From assembly GCA_965649765.1 (NCBI GenBank), contig OZ287757.1, forward strand, positions 47,306,001 through 47,370,000: DNA of 64,000 nt, in the 5' to 3' direction. Below, one piece after another: positions 45,570 through 61,134 of this stretch; within the stretch, counting starts at the first letter, position 1, and each line of letters opens with the position of its first letter. This DNA is from Bispira polyomma. Lineage: Eukaryota. Below the pieces are notes generated by a model, which saw only the letters and a program-made list of their open reading frames with translations, did not search any database and was not told the origin of the DNA. The translations under genes and the position numbers were made by a program.

Positions 45570-46260
45570 TCATTAAAGCTTATTAGAAGGTCCACTAAAT
45601 CAAGATGAATTAGGTGTTGCCCTAAAACAGATGAAGAATAACAAAACTCCTGGAATGGATGGTTTTCCCTCAGAATTTGTTTAAATGTTTTGGAAAGATT
45701 TAAAACATTGTATACTTAAAGCTCTAAATTGCAGTTTTAAGAAAGGGACAATGCTCTTCGGCCCTTCGACAATGCACTATTACTTGCCTTCCAAAGAAAG
45801 ATAAAAATCGAGACATGATAAAAAACTGGCGTCCTTTATCAATGCTGTCTGTAGTTTATAAACTAGCATCTGCTACAATAGCAAACAGACTGAAACCATA
45901 TCTTTGCTACTTAAAAAACAAAACTCAAAATGGCTTTGTACCTGGTAGATATATAGGTCAAAGTTCTAGATTAGTCTAGAAAATTTTGTATTACACAGAG
46001 GTATCTAAAACTCTGGGAATGTTAGTTCTGATAGTTCGATTCTTTATCTTGGTCTTTCATACATAAAATGTTACAGTACCTTGGCTTTAGGGATTCATTT
46101 ATTAGTTGGATCAAATTATTTAATAAAAACATTAAGACAACTGTGATACAATGTGGATTGCTATCAGAATTTTTATATGTTGAGAGAGGCTGTAGACAGA
46201 GTGATCCTATTTCCCCTTATCTTTTTATTATAGCTACCCAAATACTGACAGTTTTATGAT
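45570..46260 (+). mobile_element. Tx1/L1-like LINE RT fragment (copy 2)
   Basis: Duplicate of 15990-16680. Confidence 0.85.
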
Positions 46261-47976
46261 TCACAAATACAGGCGTTTTTGTCTTTAATCAAATCAGTTA
46301 AATGTAATCATTTTAATCCACACACTTTATGTGAACTACAATTTCACTAAAACAAGATGCAGACAAAATGTTCAAACTATATAAAATGCAGTTTATGTTA
46401 ATAAATACAATTTAAAAATCACATTTTAAGTATTGCATCAAATATACTTAATGTGAGGCGTTGTGTAAAATTTATTTGTTGAGAGGTATTTTGTATGTTT
46501 CTTACCTAAATATTTGAAATGTATAATGAAGATTGGAATAAAAAGAAATGCCATTAAACCTCTATGGTGGTATTTACAAAAGGGCTAAGTCTAGACATTG
46601 TCTTAAATCTGGCATTAATATACTAGATTAAAGACAAAGTCTAATCTCAGCTGGCAACTTATTCCACTCATATGGATAGGCAGCATAGGTAAATGCCTCC
46701 ACCCAGCGGTATATGTGGTCGGGTGGAGGACACAGATAATCAGTTATCATGGGAGAGATTACTAGCTTGAATAAGGGAGCAAAGGTAGGGAGGTTGGCCT
46801 GAATGTATGGCCTTAAAAGGGAGTAGATTATACTTTAAAATTATTCAGTATTCCACAGGCAACCAATGGAGCTGTTTTAAATAGCAAGTACTGTGGATTC
46901 CACAGCCCATTTAAAGGACGGCTTCACCAAATGCATTTTGAAATTTTTACAGATTAGCCAGTTTGGCTCTTGCTGCTAATTATACTGTGTCTTGTACAGA
47001 GAAGGCCATAACATACCAGTTCAGCACTCTGTCACCTGCAACAAGTTGATTTAAGTATTTCCAAGGCCCCAAGGCCCATATAATACAACAGCCAAGATAA
47101 GGTCAAGGTTAGTGAAGTTAGTGATAAGAGAAGGGAGATGTGAAGCATTTACGTTATTATAATTGTGATCATGTATTGATGATAATATCACAACACAAAA
47201 ACTAACACATGATAATAATCAAACTACACTGTAACTGCATATAACAAGCCCCACCAGTGCTGAAGCACTGTAAACCACCGATGTATGGCCAGTACCTGAC
47301 AAACTTTCTCACGTGAAGAAGGAATCTGTGGGATTTGATCCCCAGAGGGGAGAGGCCAGTGATTTTAAAACCAGTCACTTATAACCACTAGGCCACCACT
47401 ACCACACATGGGAATACACATGCTAAGACATTCAATTTATTTACATTCCACAGGGGAATCTGTTAACATTACCCTACAATAAATGCTGGTCATTAAGCCA
47501 TGTACTACTAGAAAAATGCATGATTACATAAAACATTTTTGATTGCATAATATGACTTCTTTTAACCATAAAACCATATAAACCCTGGCTCAAACTTGCG
47601 AATGTAAGGTATACTTCAAAAATGAAAGTAAACATAACTATACAAACTGACTATATACTCTGGCCCAGACACGACATCACACTACAACTCACTGCACGAC
47701 ACTGCAATTTGACTTAGCAGTGTCATTAGGTGGCCCTATATGTATTATGCAGTAAAAGTATTGTGGAAGGGAGGGGGCAGAAAGGTACATTTGTATATGG
47801 ATTATGTTGTGTGGTGTTGTGTTTGGTGTGTATAGTGGCATGGCATCCCCTGTAGTGTCGTGTCGTGTTTGGTGTGTAAATAACTGTCGTGCAGTGGCAT
47901 GGCATCCCCTGTAGTGTAGTGTAGTGTCGTGTAGTCAGCGGTTTGTAAAGCCCTTTAGTCTACAGTACTAATTGTA

Positions 47977-48233
47977 TCAGATTCTGACATAGACCTTATA
48001 CTGGGGACCATCAGCCAGAGACAACTGTTTGAGAGTCACTTGGTCAGTACAGTATTTCACATTACAGTTGTTCACACAATCTCCCAGATTAGCCCCATTT
48101 GCACCTAACCGACACACCTTGGCCAAACATTCTGCATCACTCTCTACAAACACAGTTCCCAAGTGCTCACAAATATACAAGACTTCTGGGTTGTCCTCGA
48201 AACCAGTCCTGAGGAGTTGAAACTGGCACTGTT
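47977..48233 (-). CDS. Terminal exon encoding a PAN/Apple-like Cys-rich domain, copy 2
   Basis: Same protein as 18397-18653; two synonymous differences. Confidence 0.7.
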
Positions 48234-48403
48234 CTGTAAATAAACAAAAAAAAACATTCTTGTGCATAGGTATGATTTGTGTGAGTAATCTCCAGTTTAG
48301 CATTTTCCGGGGCCTGTAGTTGACAAAAAGCAATTCAGCTTTTTTAGCGAATACGAACTGGAGCTAGTTCAAAATAGGACCGTTAGACTAAGCAGGATGA
48401 GAC

Positions 48404-48461
48404 CAGCTGTAGAGGAGGACTCTGCCAGTGCAATGAGAATCAGCAAAATTAAGAGTTCCAT
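48404..48461 (-). CDS. Candidate signal-peptide exon for the PAN-like gene, copy 2
   Basis: MELLILLILIALAESSSTA; weak donor. Confidence 0.4.
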
Positions 48462-50971
48462 GTCGAGATGCCATTGTTATAAGGAGAGTTTCACTTTATC
48501 AGTAAAGATATATCCAAAAAATGTGTCAGGTTATTGGTTTAGTTTTAGTTTTTTTTAATTTTATTTCTGTAACTAGAACATCAACATATCTTGTATATCA
48601 GTAAGGATAAACAGAGCCAGACTTCCCAGTTCATATGAGCTCATGAGTAAATATACAAATTTAGCATGTAAGTTGAAAAAATATTTGACCAAGTCACTAT
48701 AAATATTTTCTATATTATTCAATAATAACAAGTCTGATTTTTTTTATTACCAACAAAAAGAAAAATTTGTAATGATGATAATGACAAAAAAAAAATCTGT
48801 TATTTGGTACTTTTTGTACACTTAAAAAATACATAAATTCTATATTGTAGAATATTTATGGTCCAAACTTCTATTATCCAAATATTGAGATTGTTATGTA
48901 CTGTCTATTATCTTCTCCCTGCAAAATTGATAAGTTCTTGTTACCACTTCAGTTTCATGAACAAAAATCCACACCTCTTGTAATATTTTCAGATAATAAA
49001 TGTTTTAGCAACATTACACTGATAAAAAAACGATTACATCTTGTCAATTTTCCTGGTTCATGTGTTTAAATTGTATATCTATATAAATTGTTTAAAATTG
49101 ACTACATTTACTACAGGATTTGTTTTAATCTAATGCAAATTGCATAAGTTTCTCAATAAATGTATAAAATGTCTACTTTATTTTCCTTGACTTCATTTTT
49201 ATAACTGCAATGTAATTAGCACTACTGAAAAATATAAATTGTGAGGTACACTTTTTTGTCATTGATTTCTTGAAACTAAGTTAAACATTTCCGTCCACCA
49301 TTTAGCAATTTCCATTAGCAATGTTTGCTTTAACACATCATCGGCATATACTGTAGTTTAATACTCGATATAATGAGCCAATTAAATTGGTGTTTGCGAT
49401 CTAAATGGCAAAACAAATATTTATTTGTAAAGATGTAAAATGTTCAAAGTAAATATTTAACATTACTTAGGACATTCATGTTTTGTTGTTGTTTTTTTGT
49501 TTTGTTTTTCTAAATTTATTTATTTATGTCATTGAAACTCACATATTTACTGGCAATTAATTGATCTTTAATCTTGAATCTTTTGTTTCCTAAATGTTGA
49601 GCACACTAAATGTTGATGCCAATGAATTAATTATTAGCCATGGCACTGTTTTTTCTAAATACATATGTATATACTAAGGAGTGGGGGCATCTGCTTTAAA
49701 GTTGGAACTGTTTTTTGTTGTCTTGTGTCTTTAAACATTATTTGTGTATTGACAATTGCCCACAGCTCTAGATCACAAAGGGGACCTTGTCCAACAATAC
49801 AACAAGGCTGTGTACAATTGCAGTAAATATAACACTTACATGTACAAATTATTTATAATTATTTTTCAGAAAGACAATAGTACCATACAGATCCATTAAT
49901 TGCTAGTAAATCTGTTCCAGTAATATATGACTACACAATGGGAAATAGTCCTTATCTTGGTCACCAAAAGAACCAGATGTAAACCATTACAGATCTGGGG
50001 CTGTATTCACGAACAAGTGAAAAAAAATTTCACTTACTTTCCAAAGTAAGTAAATTTTTCCAAAGATTTCCTTAGAAGTGGTATTCACCAACAAGTGAAA
50101 AACTCCACTTAGTTAAGTTTTACTTAGAATCAAAGTTACCTTAGAAATCTAAGGTACCTTATCTGCTTACTTGAAATCTAACTAAGTTTTATCTCCAAAG
50201 TAAGTAAGTTTTCTTTTGTGAATACCACTTAGATCTAAGTTAGTAAAATATAGCCACAATACTTGAAATCCAAGTTAAGAATAGGATTTCGCTTGTTCCT
50301 GAATACGGCCCCAGGTTATATCATTGTCACTTTTGTTACTCAAAAGAAAACATAGGTTTAGGTTATTGGTACATTTCTTCCCTCAAGTACTAGTTAACCC
50401 TTTTTTGACAGACAACCGGTATCGTTAACTATCCTTGTATACTCTACCTGAAGAGAGAGGATTGAGGATGACCATTTATCGATATCCCCAGTGTTTTAGT
50501 CACTGGGGACACTAACTTAATAACTGAGGACTGTTTTAAAGAGGACCTCCAAGTGACTGCCAGTATCTGTTTGCCCAAAGGCTGATATCAAACCCAGTTT
50601 AGAATCAATTGTGTTAGACACAGGCAAAATATCTATTGTGTAAAGATGATATTCATGTATTGTGTTCAATTTAGATTTAACATTATAACAGGCATATCAT
50701 AATGTGCAGCTAGTTCACTGATGGAACAAATCAGGACACGATACTTTGTCAAGTTTTTCTGCTGTGTACAACTACCAACCTCCAGCAAGTTTACTGCCAA
50801 TTCTCCCACATACTAGGACGAGATTCTTACCCATGGCTGCAGCAGTGAGATTTCAGAATGTTACCACTACTTATAATGCTTAATTTTGTTGCATAATTTT
50901 GACCATGGAAGAAGTTATTATCCCGGAAATGCAAAAAACCAAATTCAATGTGTATAATAAACCATCATTAC

Positions 50972-51109
50972 CTTCAGTGTAGTTGTCACCAACAAAGCCT
51001 GGTGTACATCTATGATCCCTACAAGCTCCTGTGATTTGGTCACATGGTAAGACTTTAAAGTTTACTGAACATGACTGGCACTTATGTTCAAATGTTTCGT
51101 CAGGGCATT
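50972..51109 (-). pseudogene. Decayed MEGF10/SREC-type EGF-like exon, copy 2
   Basis: Duplicate of 21392-21529. Confidence 0.7.
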
Positions 51110-51455
51110 TTGAAGTATTAAAAATGGTGTTTTAAAATAGTAAGTAAAGTTATCAGTTTAGCTAATTTTGTGTTTTAAAGTAACTTTCAACATGTCTTGC
51201 ATTATATAACGATGTACAGTTCAGTGGTGGAGGTAAATCAGAACAGGGAAGTTGGTTAAGGTGTTCTGCTCTGCAAACTACCGACCTTTACCAAATCCAC
51301 TGCTAACTTTCCCACATACATGCCAGGGCAGAGATACAAACACAATTTCTAAGGTGGGAGGTGGGAGGTGTTACCACTATGCCACCGAAACCGTCTAATG
51401 TATTGGGAAGGTGATCTATTTTCATTATTCTGCATGCATGTTTAGATTTCCCTAA

Positions 51456-52790
51456 TGTGGGGGTTCCACTATCAAGTACAATCGTGAAAATAGGCCCGAT
51501 TTTGAAATTGGGGTGATCAGGCCGAAAAAAATCAATTAATTTAATATATTGGGCCGAAATGAAAATGTGGGACGACCTTCCAGATCAAACTGATTGCGTC
51601 CCATTTTGATTGGACCACGATCCTAATCGCCCTTGATGTCGGGTTGTTGAGAATGCCAACAACATCCTTTATTGACCACAAACATTACGTTAATATTTGT
51701 TATATTACACAACATTTAAGAAGCCGCTGTAAGAACCAAGCACTGGAGCACCCAAATCCACAAGATGATCCGCTTTAGCCTGTGTAGCAGTTGGTGGGGG
51801 ATCAATTGGGCAATGAAAAAACAAATTCATCTAGATGGGCGAAAGAGAGGGCAGTTCCATTACAAAATGATAGAATATGAAGTCTAACCTGAGCCTAACT
51901 ACAATCCTGATTGACCTTGAAGTCGGGTTGTTGAAAATGCCGACAACATCCTTTATTGGCCACAAAAATTACGTTAACATGTTTTATATTACACAACATC
52001 TTAAGAAGCCGCTGTGGAAACCCAGCAGTGGAGCACGTAAATCCACAAGATGATCTGCTTGAGCTTGAGGAGCAGCTGGTGGTGGATCAATTGGGCGTTA
52101 AAAATAGAAATCCATCTAGACGGGCGAATGAGGGGGCAGTTCCATGGCAGAATTACAGAATAAGAAATCCAGCCTGAGCCTAACCTGAGCCTGACCTGAG
52201 TCTGACCACCTGAGCCTGATGAGAGGTCAACCCTGGGTATCTGCAGTCTCGTTGAATCTTACTATGTGTGGAAAATGTCCTATGTCTGAAAGTCTGGAAA
52301 TCACCCTCATCTAGCTTCTCTGCTTCTGCAGCCAAATACTGGAAAAAACGCTGCTCTGTTGGACTGTGGTTTCTCGGGCTTTTGTGTCTCGACCATGACA
52401 GGGTGAAGATGATCTGTGACTACTTCTAAGACTGGTCTTAGTGGCGCTGTCTCCACCAATGTTCAAAGCACCTAGACAGACAGTAGATCTTGTTCTGTCT
52501 GTGTGGCGAGTTCGAAGCAAACTCCCCTACGGACATGTGCTAGAACAGGCCTGGAGTGCAAAAAGACCTATCCGACAGAACGTATTGACAATACGAACAA
52601 TTATATTCCGCAATATGTTTTTAAGGTTAAGGGAGCTAGTCCAGCAAACTTTTGGAAAATATCAAACATGTTTGATCTTCTTACCTACCACCGTGTTCGC
52701 CCCGTTTTGGTCTCCCAAACTATACAAACCCGCCTCGGACTTCAAAATCGGGAAGGTTGGGGACAAAATCGTCAATGTGGAACTTCCACA
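51456..52790 (+). mobile_element. Internally deleted Harbinger/PIF-like transposon (second copy)
   Basis: Duplicate of 21873-23207. Confidence 0.8.
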
Positions 52791-55700
52791 TTAGATAATA
52801 ACATACTAATCCTGAAATCTCTCAATTATGCAGTTAGCAGCTAAAACTATGAAAATGGGGCCTTTTTGAAAAGAAGTAGCATTGTAGCTCTGTTGGATAG
52901 ATGTATAATATAGATCTTGCCATTATGTATTGTGTGATTATAGTTTTAAATGCATATTGCACGGTAAAGTCAATTTGTTGTGCCAACAGTGTATCATGTG
53001 TCTCATGTGTATCCTATGCGTGTAAATCATGTGATGCTTATATCAACTAAAATAAGTCAAAGCAAAACAATATGTAAGGCACAACCCATGACAAACCAGG
53101 GACATACAGGAATTTGTTTGAAAGGAACAAAACCATAGCTATAATCGCCTCTGTCCGCCTCTAGCCGCTTTTAACCCCCTATAACCGTTGGTGAAATATT
53201 TGCTGACGGTCGAGCATAGTGATAGATAGTTAGAAGTGGTTACAGATGCGGTTACATATGCGGTTAAGCTACAGTCTGAGTTATATATCTATGATGTAAA
53301 CACATTGACAACTGAATTATAAATAATTTGAAACTTCCCAATTTCTAGATACCAGTTATAGAACCGTCCCCAACCTTCTACCACCTCCCATCACCGAGAA
53401 AGAAACTTATGTCACCATTGATTTCTGTAACTCTTCTGAGTCCTTATCCTTTTCGACCTAACATTACCTTGTGTAACCTTAACTCTGCCGTGTTAAACTG
53501 TTATGGTACTTGGAGACACTGTATAAAGGTTGGGTCACCCAATATGTGCTAACTGTGCAAACTATAATGTGTTGAAATAGAAGTGGCATCTTATGTACTA
53601 ATAACAGTAAGGTTGGGTCATATCGGTTACTGAAATTTACCCTGAGGCTCATTTATCTACACTGTAACACAACTGAAGAAATACCTTGCCAAACAGTATC
53701 ACCACTGAGGCGTAATCGTCCCAAAGCTCATTTGCTTATTTCCAGGTGATATGAGAGGAAGGTTACAGAAGGTACGTAACCTTCTATAACCTTTTACTAC
53801 CACAAACAATATCTGCAATGTCTGACTGGGGCATAAGAAAAGGAAAACACATTAAAAATATAAATACAATACAATGTATCAACAGTACAAAACAAAAACT
53901 TTAACATCTGAAAAGTCGATTTATGGGGGTGTTAGGTCATTCACCAAGAATGTGCCCTTCGGCTTTTCGTCTAAGTATGCATCAGATATATTCAATTACA
54001 TATATATTTGCAGTTTATAGATTCATCTTCCGCACTAACTGTTTAAAGTTTTACACCTTTATTTGCCACTGTTGGAGGTGAAGTTCCAATAATAACGGTT
54101 AAACTTTTGTACTTTGAGGACCATTGTTTTGTAGCCACTTCAGGATTGACACAAAATAGAGATTTCTGGAAAATCCCATTCAGGGGCATGTGGTCAGCTT
54201 TTACCTGTATCCTGTCTCGGTCAACCAAATCCTCTCCAAAATAGAGATCTTATTGGGTATCAAGATAGTGAATCAATTTGAATCATTAAAACAAAATATA
54301 ATAAATATTGATTATGATTTGAAAACATTATAACCAGGATGCCCTCGTCTATGAATTTATCAAACAGAAACCAATGAACAAAGGCTTCATATCAAAGGCT
54401 TCATATGTATGCAGCATATGTACACATGACTAAATAAACATCTGTAATTCTAAACATCAGTCAGTGTATTTGCTTAATCTGAAGTTGATTTCCCAAAGAA
54501 AATTTAACCTCATCCTTTCCAATTTCTAATTTTATGATAGATTGCGACCTCAGTTGTGTAGTAGTAAGACACTCACCTCCTATCTCTGCCGTCATGGGTT
54601 TGAATCTTAGCGCTGGTCAGTATGCTAGCTGAAGGCTGCTTTTGACACAATTGATCACAGCACACTTCTTGAATGGTTGTCATCATGGTATGGTTTCCAT
54701 GGCACTTTCTTAAAATTGTTTACTTCATATCTCTCAGATCGATTCAAAGTAGTTAATATAGGCTTGGCTCTGTCAGACATACATATTAACTGGAGTTGCA
54801 AAATAAACTTTATTTTCACAAAAATAAATAATATTTTAACAAAAATAAATAATATTTAATAGCAATTATTCCCAAACTCAATAATATCAGACTGCCCGAC
54901 AGTTTTTAAGCAAACATACAGTTAATGGAACATACTGGGTGCTTTATATGGATTTGAAACATTGCGCAAAAGCCATGTTTCCCGGTGATGTACATCGATG
55001 ATGCAAATTTTAGAAGTGATAATACAAAATCCTTATTAATATGGAGGAATGCTAGAGCATTATGGTTAAAACTATAACATTGGTTTTATAGTAACTTTTA
55101 CTTTACAGAGTATGGCAGTTATAAAATTTAAATATTTAAATTTGTATATACAGATATGATATATTTTTAAAAACTTGTAAACAAAATATCTCAAAACTGC
55201 TCTTTAGACGCATTTTGTTAGACTTTGTAAAGGGAATATATAAGTGAGTATTATATAAAAATATCTAACAACATCTCAGTTCAATCTTATGACCATTGAT
55301 ATTTTTGTTTTTCAAACGTAATTTATCAAACGTTTGACATTCCGATTCATTAAACGGTCTCAAAAGTTCTTTCATCCAAAAAAAAAACAAAAAAACCAAC
55401 TCCAGACTATTAGCTGATTGCGTGTTGACTCAAAATCATGTCATTCTGTCTGTTTTGGCATGTGACACATAGCTTAGACCTGCCATAATAGATCACTAAA
55501 AAAAATCTGGGAAATATCTGTTTTCAAATCCATCAAATTCAGTAATATCTGTTGGACACAGATTCAGGTTTATTGCAGCAAAATTGTTTGCCGATTTTGT
55601 ATATTTTGTTAGCCTGTAAACCCTCTAGATCTGTATTACATGATAAACATAGAAAATGTTTGTCACAAGATAGTATCTCTTATTATCACCTGTGATATTA

Positions 55701-57226
55701 GCTGAGTTGTAAAATAATTTTGATGGACTTTTTGAGGAAAAAATCTGTTTAAGATTTTCTGCTCTGCAAACTACCAGCCTTCAGCAAGTCTACTGCACAA
55801 CAAGGGCCAAAGATTTGAATTCACAATAGCAGAGTTAGCGTTGACTTAATAGTATTTCAGGTACTCTCCATCAAAAATAAAGAATTTAGTTGGGTTTTAT
55901 GTCACTTTCAACAGCATATGGATATCATGATGGCCAGATGCAGCAGTGAATAAAACCAGTGCTGAAGACACTGTAAACCACTGAACGTACAGCAAGTACC
56001 TGACAAATTTTTCCCACATGAAAGAATGAACAGTGATTGCGGCCCTTCCACCGAAATAGGGAAGCTGTATTCCATATTATTGCAGAAAGTTTTCACGTAT
56101 TTTCTAAAGGTTTACCTGCCAGTATGTTCTTGTGAAAATGATAAGCTTAGAAAATATTTGTCATGTGATAGTATGTATTATTATCACCTGTGATATTAGC
56201 TGGCTTTGATAAGAGTTTTGATAGACGTTTTAAAAAGAATGCAGACCAGGGTTAATTTGTTATATTTTCATCAACAATATATTTCTTAATATGTGTTTAA
56301 TTCAATTTTTCCAACAAAACTCCATTTTTCCTGCTCGAACCCTATTGGTAAAAAAAAAATGAATATTTTATCATACAAAAGTCAGTTACTTGTATTCTAA
56401 AAGTAAAATTTTATCTACAAAGTAGGTAAGCATTTTTCGAGAATATGATATGCCACAATTTGGATTCAAGTAAGTGTAAAACCCAAAAAAGGATCTAAAT
56501 CTAAGTAATCGCTCGTTAAAGAATATTACCTCTCTTCCACAATCATGAACATCCATCCCCACACACAAGTAATACACTTAATAGGTATAACCATTCCACT
56601 ATTCCATTTATAACTTATAATTTTCACCAAAGCTTACATCATTTAAAGTGATATCCAATTTAAGCTACTTTACTGTGTCATTTTTTAAATCATAGAAATA
56701 CTACTATTAAAGTAATTGATTGATGGATTGGCTTGTTTCTTATACGACATAAGCACTTATGCCATGCTATGTGTTTACTAGTATTATATGGAAAGCATTT
56801 AAGGAAAGATTCCCCTAACCAACAGCCTTAACTTCTTCAAATGATAAAAAACGATGTTTTATGTAATTATATGCCTATAAACTACCTTCTAAACACACTT
56901 AAATCTAAAAAGATCTAAATTTCTTTTTTTTTTCTTTTTTTTTTCTTTTTTAAGGCATGGTAATTAATATTTTTAGGCTTGTAACTTACACTGTGTCTTA
57001 AATTAAGAGGGACGCTCCTTATATTGTTAGGGGTAATATTGATTTAACAACTCACTGTCTTCTACTACTGCAGATAATCTTATATAAGTTAGACTTCTGC
57101 CTAGTTATGCACATATTTTCAGAAGGGGACTTTGCCAATCGCCTGTTAAGAGTCTGCTGAGGAACAGTTTAACTGAATCTGCTGAGGAGAAGTGTAACTG
57201 AATCTGCTGAGGAGAAGAGAAGAACC

Positions 57227-57541
57227 ATGCATCAGATGCTATTACTACTCTTGTTTCTTCCCGCTGCTGTGGCCCTTGGTAGGCCAGCGCCCCTTGGTAG
57301 CCCAGAGCCCTTTGGTAGCCCAGCACCCTTTGGTAGCACAGCACCCCGTGGTAGCCCAGAGCCCTTTGGTAACCCAGCGCCCTTTGGTAGCACAGCGCCC
57401 CGTGGTAGCCCAGAGCCCTTTGGTAGCCCAGTGCCCTTTGGTAGCACAGCGCCGCGTGGTAGCCCACCGACCCTTGGTAGCACAGCCACGTGCAACACAG
57501 AACAGGACAGCTACTCTGTGACCGTGATACAAAATGCTACA
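57227..57541 (+). CDS. Secreted repeat/Cys-rich protein, copy 3, exon 1
   Basis: Same translation as copy 2; donor ACA|gttaagt. Confidence 0.8.
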
Positions 57542-58556
57542 GTTAAGTCTGTTTTAATATGAATTCTAGTTATCTTGTAGTTAATGTCTTTTGAAGTACC
57601 AAACTTTTAAACCAGGGGTGGTATTCTCGGCAAAAGTGACAATTCATTAATTACTTCCATGTCAAGTATTTGTCTTCATTTTTTTTTTTTGGCTTAATGA
57701 GACCCACGTGTAATATTCTCGATGAAATGTTTATTATTACTTATGGTGTAGAATAAAAACTTGCTTAGAATTCAAGTGAGAAAACTAACATGCTCCGTTA
57801 AATGGTACTATATTCATTTTAGCACAAAAAGTTAGAGCTGAGGAAAATGGACTGTAATAAGTATATTTAACCAGTAAAAAGAAAAGTGTTGATTCTAAAT
57901 GAAACAAAAAAGCAAGTGGAGTTAATTTCTCTTTTCATGAGAACAGCACTTTACTTACTAAAAGCCTGGTTACACCTACACGTGCTGGAGCTACATGTGT
58001 GTGACGTTTTGAACTGTCTTGAAACGTAGTAAAAGGTAATGCAAAAGTGAGGATCCCTGCCACGTTCGTTCTGTGATGTTGCTTAAACGTCTCCATTTAG
58101 TCCAATGCCATGATTACTTCAAACTGTTTGAAATAATCGTGAGAGAGCTCTCCATTTCTTGAGGACATCTCCACTCATCTGTATAAGTAGCATAACATAG
58201 CAGTAAGAAGCAGTAAGTTACAGCAGGTAGTAGTAGGTAGTATCACATCTGTATTCGTCGTGGAACGTTTCACCAAATAACAGAACGCAACCAAACGCAG
58301 CAGTAAGTAGCAGTACAGTAGCTCTACGTAGTAGTAGGCAATGATATCCTACCAGTAATGTGTTCGATTTATGCCCCCGCTCCGTGTGTATAAGTACCAA
58401 CATCATCATTGGACAGGTAATATTTACACTATAGTAGATGAACTGAATGCTGAAGAGTCTTTTGTTAATCGTGATATATTTGACCCTCAAAATATCACAG
58501 AAAAATTATAAAGCATTAATGTACATTGAATGGTCTGGAAATCTCACAAGCATGCT

Positions 58557-59708
58557 AAAACATCAAGACTTTATTGCTATTAAAGTACAAATATCAGGAC
58601 TTTATTGCTATTAAAGTACAAATAACAGGACTTTATTGCTATTAAATTACAACATCAGGACTTTATTGCTATTATAAGTACAAACATCAGAACTTTATTG
58701 CTATTGTAAGTACAAACATTAGGACTTTATTACTATTAAAGTACAAACATCAGGACTTTATTACTATTAAAGTACAAACATCAGGACTTTATTGCTATTA
58801 ATGTACAAACATCAGGACTTTATTGCTATTAAAGTACAAATATCAGAACTTTATTGCTATTAAAGTACAAACATCAGGACTTTATTGCTATTAAAGTACA
58901 AATATCAGAACTTTATTGCTATTAAAGTACAAACATCAGGACTTTATTGCTATAAAAGTAGAAATATCAGGACTTTATTGCTATTAAAGTACAAATATCA
59001 GAACTTTATTGCTATTAAAGTACAAACATCAGGACTTTATTGCTATCATAAGTACAAACATCAGGACTTTATTACTATTAAAGTACAAACATCAGGACTT
59101 TATTGCTCTTAAAATACAAACATCAGGACTTTATTGCTATTATAAGTACAAACATCAGGACTTTATTGCTATAAAAATAGAAATATCAGGACTTTATTGC
59201 TATTATAAGAACAAACATCAGGACTTTATTGCTATTAAAGTACAAACATCAGGACTTTATTGCTATTAAAGTACAAACATCAGGACTTCATTGCTATTAA
59301 AGTACCAACATCAAGGCTTTATTGCTATTAAAGTACAAACATCCGGACTTTATTGCTATTAAAGTACAAACATCAGGACTTTATTGCTATTAAAGTACAA
59401 ACATCAGGACTTTATTGCTATTAAAGTACAAACATCAGGACTTCATTGCTATTAAAGTACCAACATCAAGGCTTTATTGCTATTAAAGTACAAACATCCG
59501 GACTTTATTGCTATTAAAGTACAAACATCAGGACTTTATTGCTATTAAAGTACAAACATCAGGACTTTATTGCTATTAAAGTATAAATTTCAGGACTTTA
59601 TTGCTATTAAAGTACAAACATCAGGACTTTATTGCTATTAAAGTATAAATTTCAGGACTTTATTGCTATTAAAGTACAAACATCAGGACAAATATCGGGA
59701 CATAATTG
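58557..59708 (+). repeat. 31-bp minisatellite, ~37 units
   Basis: Direct tandem repeats, longer than in copy 2. Confidence 0.95.
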
Positions 59709-60039
59709 CCATTATCTTACACCAGCTGTCTAATACTTGGGTATGACATGAGCCCTTTGTGACAGTCTCATAGATAGTTTGTACAAAACATGACACACAG
59801 GAGAGGTGTATGGCCAACAAGGATTGGTTGAAAGCAAATGACCCTGCAAAACTGAAGGGTGTCAGCTTGATAGTATCAGGTGCTATCTGATATTGCCGCC
59901 ATGTTGGAAGTAATATGTAAGGCTTTCATGGATTGGTTGGAAGCAATCGACCTAGCTAAACTGATAGGTATCAGATTAATATTTATCACACTGCTCACCT
60001 GTGTCTTTTTACAAATCTTGTTTTCTCTGGTATTTTCAG

Positions 60040-60103
60040 CTGACTTGTGCTTTGGAAAAGTTGTCAGGTTGTGGTGAAATCATACTGACTGAAGAGGAAA
60101 AAG
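60040..60103 (+). CDS. Secreted repeat/Cys-rich protein, copy 3, exon 2
   Basis: Same as copy 2. Confidence 0.7.
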
Positions 60104-60470
60104 GTATTTGGTAGTATTTGTAATACGCTACAGTCAGTCTGTGTGGTCAATAATGTGCTTCTAGTACCCTGATAACGGTTAAAAGTTAACTGTACATGTC
60201 TAGGTTTCGAATCCGGTTATCACCCCATATAATGAGGTCTCACCTGACTACAATTTGCTCACCACAAGCCTGGGTTCTCACACCTCTCCACCAGTTGTTC
60301 ACTCTCCACTCTCTGAAGAAGCATATATACTATCAATGCTGCCACACATGGGGCAATGATTATAACACTGCCCATTACAGGCAATCTACCCATGCATTCA
60401 CCTTCTTTTTAAGGGAAGAAGTCAATGTAAAAACAGATTTATTAAAATGTTGTTAATAGTTACAACGTTA

Positions 60471-61134
60471 CATTGTTATACATTAAGTATTACTACATTG
60501 TTACACATCAAGTATTAATAAATTCAATTATTAATACATTGCTACACATCAAGTATTATATATAGCTACACATCTAGTATTAATATATTGCTATACATCA
60601 ATCATTAATATATTGCCACACATCAAGTATTAATATACTGCTACACATCAAGTATTAATACATAGCTACACATCAATTAATAATACATAGCTACACATCA
60701 AGTATTAATACATAGCTATACATCAAGTATTAATACATAGCTACACATCAAGTATTAATACATAGCTATACATCAAGTATTAATACACAGCTACACATCA
60801 ATTAATAATACATAGCTACACATCAAGTATTAATACATAGCTATACATCACGTATTAATACATAGCTACACATCAAGTATTAATACATAGCTATACATCA
60901 AGTATTAATACACAGCTACACATCAAGTATTAATACATAGCTACACATCAAGCATTAATACATAGCTATACATCAAGTATTAATACACAGCTACACATCA
61001 AGTATTAATACATAGCTACACATCAAGTATTAATACATAGCTATACATCAAGTATTAATACATAGCTACACATCAAGTATTAATACATAGCTATACATCA
61101 AGTATTAATACATTGCTACACAACAAGTATTAAT
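60471..61134 (+). repeat. 25-bp minisatellite, ~26 units
   Basis: Direct tandem repeats. Confidence 0.95.

Larger units (their letters stand above)
22934..52516 (+). repeat. Tandem segmental duplication unit, copy 2 (includes the 6.2 kb Ngaro insertion)
   Basis: Colinear with copy 1; constant offset of 29580-29583 to the matching sequence downstream. Confidence 0.95.
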